IMG/VR virus record: IMGVR_UViG_3300037054_000079 | Location: 1 to 64,000 of that record | Length of the DNA stretch: 64,000 nt | Reading direction: 5' to 3' (one strand) | From: a virus | Part shown: positions 55,595 to 64,000 of the stretch, one piece after another | Layout: each line of letters begins with the position of its first letter | Position numbering within the stretch: position 1 is the stretch's first letter | Made by a program: the position numbers and the translations under genes | The notes under the pieces: generated by a model | What the model saw: only the letters and a program-made list of their open reading frames with translations | The model's database searches: none | Told to the model about the DNA's origin: nothing

Positions 55595-55959
55595 CGCGGC
55601 TCAATCGCGTACAGGCTGACGAGATCGCGCAGACGCTTGACACGCTAAGTGTCATTGCGCTCGATCATCCGGACACTGTTGACTCGGATAGTCAGACCTA
55701 TGCACAGGCGTTCACAAGCGCCGCCGATGCCATTCGTATTCTCTCGAAACAGAAAGCCTTGACACCGGAGGTCAATGAGGCGTATCAGGCCACCGGATAT
55801 CTGCTTGATCTGGACGAGGAAAACCACCGGCTGCGACTAGCACTTTATCAGGGCGATCCAAAGAATGTGCGCAGTTTCCTATTGCTCGACTCGCCCGAGG
55901 TCTATGACACAGCGCAGCGCCTAATCAGGAAGTATGACATCCTTGAAGGGATAAAATGA
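55558..55959 (+). CDS. Hypothetical protein
   Basis: GGAGG SD. Confidence 0.55.
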   Translation: MQTETKSRTSQVTRLNRVQADEIAQTLDTLSVIALDHPDTVDSDSQTYAQAFTSAADAIRILSKQKALTPEVNEAYQATGYLLDLDEENHRLRLALYQGDPKNVRSFLLLDSPEVYDTAQRLIRKYDILEGIK

Positions 55960-56819
55960 TGATCGAAGCACAGTCCCCCGTGCCTCTCTCGAAAAACGTC
56001 CCCGGCCTACCGACAGACACCGCATACCGTGCGGCGGAGTTCATCGAGACATACACTGGCCGAGCGTTCTACCCACTCAACCCGCGCCAAGAAGATATCT
56101 CGATCATCGACATCGCTCACGGCTTGTCATTGCAGTGCCGGTACGGTGGCCAGATTACCGACTTCTACTCCGTCGCCGAGCATTCCGTGCTGCTCGCAAT
56201 GTACGCGGAGCAAGAACTGCACGCAAACGTCATTGACTGTTTGCAAATCCTCATGCACGACGCGCCCGAAGCGTTCATGACTGATATCCCGCGCCCGGTC
56301 AAACAGTACATGCCCGAGTACCGCAAATGGGACCACGGTATCGACGAAGCGATCCGCACGTGGCTGAGTCTCGAAGGGGTCAAGCGCCCCGACTTTCAAG
56401 ACGAGATCGACAGCCGTATCATCGTGGACGAGCGCGCCCAACTCAAGAGCGATAGCGGGCTTGATTGGGGCCACAACCTCGAGGCGCTTGACCTCGAAAT
56501 GCAGAAGTGGGCACCGCGCCGCGCCGAGATTGAGTTTCTCATGCGCTATACCGCGTACACCAACGCGCTCTTTCATGCGCCACAGTACGCGCGCGAAGGG
56601 TGGAACGGTCAATACGTCCGGGCTATTCATTCCGACGCTGGCAGCGACGATCCGGCGATAGTCGATGTGGTCGAAGTTGACCTGCGCGGCGGCGTCGCCC
56701 GCGTCAAGCTGCGCAGCGATGACGGGATGCTCGTGCGAGATAAAGAGCGCGGGCGCTTTCCCCGCCCCGCGTGGAAATGGATGCACGGCAAGTTCGCGCT
56801 GACAGAGGTCGGCCTATGA
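55956..56819 (+). CDS. HD-domain 5'-deoxynucleotidase (YfbR-like)
   Basis: DIAH.LS..CRY.G..YSVAEHS..LMHDA.EA...DIP.PVK. Confidence 0.82.
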   Translation: MMIEAQSPVPLSKNVPGLPTDTAYRAAEFIETYTGRAFYPLNPRQEDISIIDIAHGLSLQCRYGGQITDFYSVAEHSVLLAMYAEQELHANVIDCLQILMHDAPEAFMTDIPRPVKQYMPEYRKWDHGIDEAIRTWLSLEGVKRPDFQDEIDSRIIVDERAQLKSDSGLDWGHNLEALDLEMQKWAPRRAEIEFLMRYTAYTNALFHAPQYAREGWNGQYVRAIHSDAGSDDPAIVDVVEVDLRGGVARVKLRSDDGMLVRDKERGRFPRPAWKWMHGKFALTEVGL

Positions 56820-57306
56820 GCATTGGGCTTCCCTATGAAGAAGCTAGAGTCGCTCTCGTGAGGGGCGGCTGCATACGTCACTCGACGATGCCAAAAGAGC
56901 AGGCGCTAAAGTTGGCTTGCTGGCCCGGAATTGGAGTTCCGGTTTTGGTTGACAAAGCTGGCAAGATTGTAGGAGAATTTAAGCTGACTGAAAAAGAGTG
57001 CCGTTCATTTTTGTGGGAGATCGTGTAGTGAGCATCGAGCGACCCGAACAGGGCATGTTGGTGATCCAGTGCGATGCGTGCGAGGATCACATCGACTTCA
57101 CCGCCGACGAGGGGCAGCCGAGCAGCGATCCCGTGGCCTGTCTCAAACTCGCCAAGGAACTCGAATGGCGGTCCTATAAGCAGACGGGGTTCGACTGGCA
57201 GCACTTTTGTCCGGTGTGTGCCCCGGCGGCGGACGCGGAGGCGCAGCGTAAGCATAAGAGCGATGCCGAGCGAGAACAGATCAAGCAACGCAACGCCCGT
57301 GGCTGA
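56816..57306 (+). other. Two small hypothetical genes (56816-57028; 57028-57306 with CxxC pairs)
   Basis: Overlaps; CDAC..HFCPVC. Confidence 0.5.
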
Positions 57307-57461
57307 GGATTTAGAAACTGAGGCTCGCCGACGCTTCCCGTGGTGCTTCCCGCCGCAGACCAACATTGAAGACGCGGATCGAGTGGCTCGCGGTAAGCCA
57401 ATCAGAGATTGGGAGTTGACTCGGGCAAAAGCTCGTGCGCAGGTTTTAGCGGAGCGCGCCC

Positions 57462-58916
57462 GTGGCTGATTGGTTTCATCAGGCATACGAATACAAGATC
57501 GGGAAACAAAAGCGCGGTCGTGGCTTGCTTTGGCCGATGCGGTCCGGCAAGTCCAAGGGCATCATCGACAAAGCCAACTTCCTTTTCAAGCACAAAGAGA
57601 TCGAGGGCGCTATCGTGCTCGCGCCGAACGGCGTTCATATCAATTGGTCGGCCAACGAGATACCAAAATGGTCGTGGCGCGAGAACGGGCGGTTCGGCAC
57701 CTTCGCGTGGAGCACACCGAAGCGCGGCGACCTCGCGCGCATCAATCGGTTCTCTCGGTTACTGCACTTTCAAGGCATGAAGTGGTTCACAGTCAACAAG
57801 GAAGCCTTGAACCATCCCGAATGTCAGGCGGCTCTCCGCAAGTTTATGGTGTCGTGCCACAACAAGTTCATGCTGATCGTGGACGAGAGCCATCACTTCG
57901 CACGCCCCGGCGCGAAGCGGACGCGGCTCGCGCGCGGACTCGCTAAGAAGGCGGTGTACCGCGAAATCGCGACTGGCACCGTCATCCTGAATAGCCCGCT
58001 GCGGGCGTTCTCGCAGTTCGAAATCTTGCAAGAGAGCGCGCTTGGATTTGACAACTACACCGATTTCAAAGAGCGATACGCTATCATCGAACAGCGCAGC
58101 ATCCCCGGACGCCGCCGCACGCGCGAAGTCATCACCGGCTATCAGAACATGGACGAGCTTCGCGAGCGCATGGCGAAATGGTCGAGCGTCGTCGTGCGCG
58201 AAGATATCCACGACATGCCCGAACTGCTGCGCACCGAGCGCCCGGTCATCATGAGCGAGAAGCAGCGGTTCGCCTACCTCGAAATGGTAAGTCGTCATAT
58301 CGTCGAGATCGGCGACGATCTAGTCGGCGCGCGGGACGGCGGCGCTCGTGTCACTAAGCTGCATCAAATAGCCAACGGCTACATCGTTGCCTCGGATACC
58401 GGGCAAATCCATACAATCGACGATGAAGCGCCGATATACGAGGCAATGCTCGAACAGGTCGGCGGCACGCTGCCCGGCAAGTCGATTGTGTGGTGCCGCT
58501 TCCGCGAAGACGTGCGCCGAGTGGTGAAGTACCTCGAAACCCACGGCTACCCCGGCAAGGTGCTGACGTACTTCGGCGACACGCCGATGGACGAGCGCGA
58601 GCCATTGCGGGTGCAGTTCAACACGGACCCGAACATCTTCGCCCTCGTGGGCACGCTTGGGACCGGCGGCGAGGGCCTCGACTTCTCCGGCGCGGACGCG
58701 GTGATCTTTTTCTCGATCCCGCCGAACACGGTGCAGGTCAAGCAAGGCGAGGAACGCGCGACGGCGGTCGGCGGCAAGACAGTGACGGTGGTGCGGATAA
58801 CGACGCCGGGAACGGTCGTTGACCGCCTTTGGAGTATTATTGACGGGAACTCGACCCTCGCCGACTCAGTGTCCGGGCGCGGGCTGCGCGATCTGCTGCG
58901 AGCGACCGATATTTGA
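57462..58916 (+). CDS. SNF2-family helicase
   Basis: MRSGKS, IVDESH, TGT, VWC.F, GEGLD, Q.EERA. Confidence 0.85.
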   Translation: MADWFHQAYEYKIGKQKRGRGLLWPMRSGKSKGIIDKANFLFKHKEIEGAIVLAPNGVHINWSANEIPKWSWRENGRFGTFAWSTPKRGDLARINRFSRLLHFQGMKWFTVNKEALNHPECQAALRKFMVSCHNKFMLIVDESHHFARPGAKRTRLARGLAKKAVYREIATGTVILNSPLRAFSQFEILQESALGFDNYTDFKERYAIIEQRSIPGRRRTREVITGYQNMDELRERMAKWSSVVVREDIHDMPELLRTERPVIMSEKQRFAYLEMVSRHIVEIGDDLVGARDGGARVTKLHQIANGYIVASDTGQIHTIDDEAPIYEAMLEQVGGTLPGKSIVWCRFREDVRRVVKYLETHGYPGKVLTYFGDTPMDEREPLRVQFNTDPNIFALVGTLGTGGEGLDFSGADAVIFFSIPPNTVQVKQGEERATAVGGKTVTVVRITTPGTVVDRLWSIIDGNSTLADSVSGRGLRDLLRATDI

Positions 58917-59229
58917 TATGCGGAAAGTATCAAAAAGTGCGACTTTGCGCAAGTGAGATATACCAAAGAGCAGGGCCGCCCCAACACCAGCCGGGACGGC
59001 CCTCAATTTAAGTGTCAAACTTGGGTTGGTATGTCGTTGTGTGTTCTCCATAACCTACAGCGAGCGGACGCGCTTTCGCGGGCCCAAACATGATACCTAT
59101 GCGCTATTTCATACGAGCCTCCATAGCCGTTCGCGGCTTTGAACTTGAGCGATGACCGAAGCTAAGCACTAGACAGCCGCCGGGCCAACTGCTAAGTGGG
59201 GCGGTGGTTAAAGAAGGGTTACGGACCTT

Positions 59230-61164
59230 ATGAACGTTAGCGATCTTATCGGCGTGCTCAGTAAGTTTGATCCCGACCTCGATCTCACGGTCGCCGGGGT
59301 TGACTTCGTCGTGATCCACGAGCGCACGGGCGGCTGGACCGGGCACACTCCGAACACGCATCAAAAGTGGATCGAGATCAACCCGCCGGAGACAGTCGAG
59401 CCGGTGGCCACCGAAATTCTCGAACGGATGCGCGACAGATTTAGAGAGACCAGCGAATGACGCTTTATGCTCTTGTCTTCGCCGGAGCCTTCATTTTAGA
59501 TTTTGTGTGGGCGCGTTACAACCTTGCAATCTCGCAACAGCGCGTGATAGCCTCCGGCGTGTTCGCCATGCTGATCTATGTGGGCAACAACAGCATCGTG
59601 ATTGGCATCGTGAACGATCCATGGCTGCTCGTCCCCTCCGCAGCCGGAGCGTTTCTCGGAACAATCTTGAGTGTATGGATGCACAAGCGAGGACTGTGAT
59701 GACTGACGCAATAATAGCGATTTTTATTATAGCTGGTGCTTTCACAGCGTTTGCAATTTTCGTGGTTGCGACATTAAAAGAGGGAGGATGGTGGTGATGA
59801 CTGAAAAACCCTTTGTAGAGTTCTCCAAAACCGACGATGGCGTCGTAGTCGTCCGGCTCACCAACGAGGGCCTCGCGCTCGTTGAGGATCAAGCCGCCGG
59901 TCGCATTATCCTCGATCCGTTCGATAAGGCACTCGAAGGCTGCGTCCGAAAAGGTCTCATGCGCATCGTGCCACTGCCGGGCGGCGGCGAGGGAGTCGAG
60001 ATCACCGAGCTAGGCCGCCAAGTTGCCAACGCCGCGCTTGAGGACAAGTGATGGCTACCCGCAAGAAAGGGATCACAGTCAAGACGCCGCAATGGTGGCG
60101 GCACTTGCGCAAGTATGTGCATCGACAGTTCTGGAAACGCCAGCGCCGCGCCGATAAGAAGGAACTGAAATCCAATGACTGATCTGAGAGTCGTCAAGTT
60201 CCCCGCGCCCGACCCGCGCAGTGCAAAAGAAATCTTGGAGCAAGCACTCAAGGCCAACTTGACGAACGTCATAGTTCTCAGTCAGCGTGAGAACGGCGAC
60301 ATTTATCACGAGGAATGCGACGGCATGACGTTGGGCGAGATCAACTGGATCATCGACAGCTATAAATTTTGGCTGATGAAGAAGGCGGACAAAGAATGAT
60401 TAAGTACGGCTCGATGGTGGACCGGCTGACTCGCCAGCTAGAGGCGAAGGGCGTGCCGGGCGCGCGAGCCGAAGCGGTCGCGCACTTGCGCGAGCACGGC
60501 GTGATCGACGCCGCCGGACGACTGACAGCGAAGGGGCGCTCGCGCACGGCTATGGGGCCAGCCGGTCGCGCCAAGGACCGCGCCGCGCAACAGACTGGCC
60601 ACAAGAAATCCGAATACAAATACAATCCGCGCACGAACAGGGCGACACTCAAATGAGAATGCCACAAGACTTCGTTGATGCGATCAACACCGCCGTTAAG
60701 GTGGTCAACCCCGAGGCTGGACATAGGACTTCCGGCTCGATGACATTGGGCACCGACTTTGATGAATGGCTTGGTCCCGAAGCGATGCTGAAATATGGCT
60801 TTGGCCCGATCCCCGCAGAGGCGGTCGCCGCATTCAATGCTAAGTTTGCTGAAAAGCGGGACGAGTTGAAGGCGGCGGTGGTAGCGTCTTCGGTTGAGGT
60901 CGAGAGAAGGCGTATGAAATGACCGACACTCTCGACAGCGTGCCGCGCGACAAGTTCGTCTTCTTTCATGACGGGGACTTCCATCCGGTCACAAATATGT
61001 GGGACAATGACGGCGACTTAATCGACGATCCCAAACGTGCATTTCGAGCGGTCATCTATCTTGGACCCGCTGAATGGCTTGCCACCCGCGTCTCGCCGGG
61101 TGAGATCGAACGACGCGACACAGTAGAGGCGAGACTCAACACCAAACTCCGGAGGATAGAATGA
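59230..61164 (+). other. Run of small hypothetical genes (59230-59460, 59457-59699 membrane, 59797-60051, 60175-60399, 60396-60656, 60653-60922, 60919-61164)
   Basis: Overlap-coupled ORFs downstream of an intergenic promoter region. Confidence 0.55.
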
Positions 61165-61487
61165 AAAAGTTGTTACTTATTACGGCGGCGCTCATGTTCT
61201 CGACAGCATTAGCGTTTGCCGAACCGTGTGGCGATCATCGTGGGGATGCCGGAGTTGGCATCAATATCGGTGGCGCGCATATCGGCGTCGGCGTTGGCGG
61301 GCGTCACGAGGATCGCGGCGAGCGTCGCGATGGCCGTGACGAGCGTCGCGGCGAACACCGTGACGAAAATCGTGGCGAACATCACTTCCATCGTGGCTTC
61401 CATGGTGGTCACGACCGCGACCTGTATCGTGGCGATCCCTGCTGGAATTGGCTTCCGGTCGCCGGATGGGTCTACATCTGCGACTAA
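61161..61487 (+). CDS. Secreted Gly/Arg/His-rich protein
   Basis: Signal peptide MKKLLLITAALMFSTALAFA; C-terminal CW.W..GWV..C. Confidence 0.6.
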   Translation: MKKLLLITAALMFSTALAFAEPCGDHRGDAGVGINIGGAHIGVGVGGRHEDRGERRDGRDERRGEHRDENRGEHHFHRGFHGGHDRDLYRGDPCWNWLPVAGWVYICD

Positions 61488-61494
61488 CCTGCGA

Positions 61495-61518
61495 TCTCCC
61501 GGTCGAGAGACCGGGAGA
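61495..61518 (+). terminator. GAGA-tetraloop hairpin
   Basis: tctcccggtc-gaga-gaccgggaga. Confidence 0.45.
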
Positions 61519-61557
61519 CGTTTCCGCGCGAGAGCGCACATCACTAGGAGAACTACA

Positions 61558-61878
61558 ATGCTACTCAAGATCATGAGCGCCGAAAACGCGGCGGACGATG
61601 ACAGCCGAAAGACATTCCAACTTCACGATGGAGTCTCGACGGTAAGCTTCGAGCGCGAGCCAGACGGACTCAATCCCGGTGGCGAGCAACGTGCCCAAGC
61701 CCACGCCACTTTTGCTGACAACACGACATGCGTATTCGACGTGCCCGGCAACGCCTACGTGATGAACGACAACGGCAAGACGGTCGCCAGCTTTGGCTCC
61801 GCCGGGTTGCCGGGGCACTATCGCGTCGATGAAAAGCGCGAGCCGCGCAAAGGCGACAGAGGGCCAATCGAACGATAA
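61558..61878 (+). CDS. Hypothetical protein (AYVMNDNGKTV type)
   Basis: AGGAG SD. Confidence 0.6.
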   Translation: MLLKIMSAENAADDDSRKTFQLHDGVSTVSFEREPDGLNPGGEQRAQAHATFADNTTCVFDVPGNAYVMNDNGKTVASFGSAGLPGHYRVDEKREPRKGDRGPIER

Positions 61879-62099
61879 TGGGCGCGCACTACACCAAGCA
61901 TGAAGTGTTCGCGAGCGGCTGGACCGGATGGGTTTCAGCCGCTCGCCTCCATAAGATTGCGTGCTGTGATTGTGGCCTGATCCAAGACTTTCGATTTCGC
62001 GTCCGCGATGGCGTGATAATGTTCAAGGCCCGACGCAATGTCCGCTCGACCGCGCAGCGGCGGCGCACCCCGCAAGAGTTTAAGAGGCGACGCCGATGA
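61878..62099 (+). CDS. Hypothetical protein (CCDCGL)
   Basis: TAATG overlap. Confidence 0.55.
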   Translation: MGAHYTKHEVFASGWTGWVSAARLHKIACCDCGLIQDFRFRVRDGVIMFKARRNVRSTAQRRRTPQEFKRRRR

Positions 62100-62494
62100 T
62101 CGAGATAAACGTCCACCTGAGAAGTGCGATTTCGAAGACCCGAGACCGGGAGCTTGCGCGCTTTGTGATCTGCAATACCAACGAGGACGCGCCGCCCGGC
62201 GAGGGGCATTATTACGTCGAGTCTTACCGGGGCCGCTCCACGGCGGCGCTCGACCGGCGGAAGCCTAGCCGGTCCGGCGAGGTCCGCCATCACCGCCGGG
62301 AAGCCGAACACGTGCTCAATCTAGTCGCCAAGGCGCTACAGGCCATGGGATACGGGCAGGCCCCGGCGGAGCCGCGCGCCGCTGCGCCCCCGGATCGGGC
62401 GCGGCATCGGACGCCCGATTGCATCAAACCTCCTAGAAACACGTTTCTAGGTCGCCACGGGCCTGTTTTTCAGGTGTCGAGCGGCGGCCCCTAA
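62096..62494 (+). CDS. Hypothetical protein
   Basis: ATGA overlap. Confidence 0.5.
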   Translation: MIEINVHLRSAISKTRDRELARFVICNTNEDAPPGEGHYYVESYRGRSTAALDRRKPSRSGEVRHHRREAEHVLNLVAKALQAMGYGQAPAEPRAAAPPDRARHRTPDCIKPPRNTFLGRHGPVFQVSSGGP

Positions 62495-62600
62495 AGGCTC
62501 GATTTCAACACCGTATCCCGGATACGGGTCTAAGCTGTTGAACCTATTGATTTTTCCACCGGAAAGCGCCAAAACCGGCCCGGCAGTGGAAAAGGCCCTG

Positions 62601-62616
62601 TTAACCGGGCCTTAAC
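62601..62616 (+). promoter_or_regulatory. CtrA-binding consensus site
   Basis: TTAA-ccgggcc-TTAAC, ~30 bp upstream of a TTGCAT-N16-TATGTT promoter. Confidence 0.55.
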
Positions 62617-62735
62617 CATCGCTTCAACTCGTGCCATTTTATTCTTGCATTCAAAATCCAATGAGCTATGTTCCGGTCGTGGCCGCTACCGGCCCGGAAC
62701 AGAGGGCGATCTCGCCCCATAAAAGGACTACTTCA

Positions 62736-63767
62736 ATGGCTGACAATATCGACTTCTCAAACGACCGCGCAAACATCGCCTACCTCGGCTCGCGCAAGGA
62801 CGTGTGGCATCATCACGGTCAAGAGATGCTGGCGGGCCAAGCGACCGCCGAATGGCGCAAACAGGCTGGCCTCGAATTTTCGGCCATCCTCACTCCCGTC
62901 TTCACCAACTTGAACGGCCCCGACTTCGCGCATATCGCCGCTGATAAACGCATCGTCGAGATCGACAACAAACGCGCTATCGTGCGCAACGACACTGGCG
63001 CGGTTCTCGGCTTCGCCTCTGACGGCTATCAGCCCCACCAACCTTCGGAAGTCCTCGATTGGTTTGACCGTTACATTTCGGTCGATGACCGCTTCCAACT
63101 CGACGTTGCCGGTTCGCTCAAGGGCGGCGCGATCATTTGGGCCACTGCCAAGTTCAACGGCGAACACACTGTCGCTGGCGAAAAGCATACGGCCCGTGTG
63201 CTCATGTCCACCACGTTCGACGCGACTCGTGCGACCATCAACAAGATGACCGAAACCCGCGTGGTCTGCAATAACACTCTCGACACCGCGCTGGCCGATG
63301 GCAACTCTTGCATCCGTACCACGCACCGCTCGAAGTTCGATGCGGCCCGCGTCGGCAAGGAACTGGCCGTGCTGGCTCAGGGCGTCGCGAACTACAAACA
63401 GATCGGCGATGCGCTGGCGCAGAACGAGATGGCGAAAGAGGAAGTCGCGCAGTTCTTCAAGACGCTGCTCGACATCCCCTTCGATCAGGCGAAGGAAGAT
63501 ACCTCGACCCGCAAGCTTAATCAGTTCGCGGCGTTGAACCAAGCCTACCGCACCACGGTCGGCGAGCGGAATGGTCAGGGCGGCGACGCTTGGACCGCTT
63601 TGCAGGCGATCACCCGCTACGTCGATCATGATCGGTCGGCGCGCGGCGACAACGAGAGTGAGGCCCGGTTCGCCTCTGCTCAGTTCGGCACGGGAAACGT
63701 GATGAAGGGGCGCGGAATGCAACTTCTCCTGCCCCGCATCAAGGACAAAGTATTGATCGCAGCCTAA
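62736..63767 (+). CDS. DUF932 family protein
   Basis: WH..G, R.DT...LG..S..Y...Q, AGSL.GG...W, RVVCNNTL, W.A.QA.T.YVDH. Confidence 0.82.
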   Translation: MADNIDFSNDRANIAYLGSRKDVWHHHGQEMLAGQATAEWRKQAGLEFSAILTPVFTNLNGPDFAHIAADKRIVEIDNKRAIVRNDTGAVLGFASDGYQPHQPSEVLDWFDRYISVDDRFQLDVAGSLKGGAIIWATAKFNGEHTVAGEKHTARVLMSTTFDATRATINKMTETRVVCNNTLDTALADGNSCIRTTHRSKFDAARVGKELAVLAQGVANYKQIGDALAQNEMAKEEVAQFFKTLLDIPFDQAKEDTSTRKLNQFAALNQAYRTTVGERNGQGGDAWTALQAITRYVDHDRSARGDNESEARFASAQFGTGNVMKGRGMQLLLPRIKDKVLIAA

Positions 63768-63774
63768 ACACAAC

Positions 63775-63806
63775 GGGGGGCCATTGAAAGTGGCCCCCCA
63801 CTTTTT
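63775..63806 (+). terminator. Rho-independent terminator
   Basis: ggggggccat-tgaaa-gtggcccccc followed by acttttt. Confidence 0.75.
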
Positions 63807-63818
63807 CGGATAGAGATC

Positions 63819-64000
63819 ATGTGTCGAGCAGACCGAATTAGTTTCTCAGTGAAAACCGCCCCGCGTATAAAGCGCCGGGACAACTTCACTTGCGTACTCT
63901 GCGGGCGGCGCGGCGTCCCCCTCGATGCCCACCATATTGAACCGTACATTGCTAATCCGTCTCGCTTGCACGATCCGGCTAACTGCGTTTCTCTTTGCGT
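63819..64000 (+). CDS. HNH endonuclease (partial, runs off the window)
   Basis: Hand-translated RRDNFTCVLCG..LDAHHIEP..DPANCVSLC. Confidence 0.7.
   Translation, partial: MCRADRISFSVKTAPRIKRRDNFTCVLCGRRGVPLDAHHIEPYIANPSRLHDPANCVSLC

Noticed and set aside
55956-56819. HD protein as DatZ implying a Z-genome
   Set aside because: No purZ is seen in the window, and YfbR-like HD proteins are common in ordinary phages
62757-63773. 338-aa antisense ORF (likewise 3000-3911 on the plus strand)
   Set aside because: Antisense shadows of GC-rich genes (DUF932, scaffold)
1-64000. tRNA genes, integrase, lysis genes, stop-codon reassignment
   Set aside because: No cloverleaf/T-loop pattern or relevant motifs noticed by eye; core genes read intact in the standard code

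Overview
A 64-kb slice of a GC-rich tailed dsDNA phage (Caudoviricetes). The host is probably an alphaproteobacterium, judged from TTG-N~19-(t)gcTA promoters, a TTAA-N7-TTAAC CtrA box and a DUF3309-like membrane peptide. Two divergent arms are separated by ~1.4 kb of AT-rich noncoding DNA at ~35.4-36.8 kb. The minus-strand arm holds small accessory genes, a Mom-like modifier, a 14-22 kb block of small genes, TerS, intein-containing TerL, portal, an ADP-ribosyltransferase-like protein, a truncated minor head protein, scaffold, and a collagen/beta-propeller fibre running off the left edge. The plus-strand arm holds Prim-Pol/SF3 helicase, HIRAN, DUF2800 exonuclease, DUF2815 SSB, intein-containing PolA, HD nucleotidase, SNF2 helicase and DUF932. 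About 14 homing-endonuclease-like genes are scattered throughout. The most striking feature is a tandem array of ten genes sharing an N-terminal M(A)KDAxGHGS leader fused to unrelated C-terminal domains, a candidate capsid-targeting cargo system. Other highlights: an HNH gene nested out of frame inside the TerL intein, scaffold-tail mimic repeats on the fibre, a motif-permuted ART, a Pro-initiated PolA intein, and an apparent AUU/AUA start for the polymerase. No tRNA, rRNA, CRISPR array, integrase or lysis gene was seen. All family assignments come from motif recognition, not database searches.
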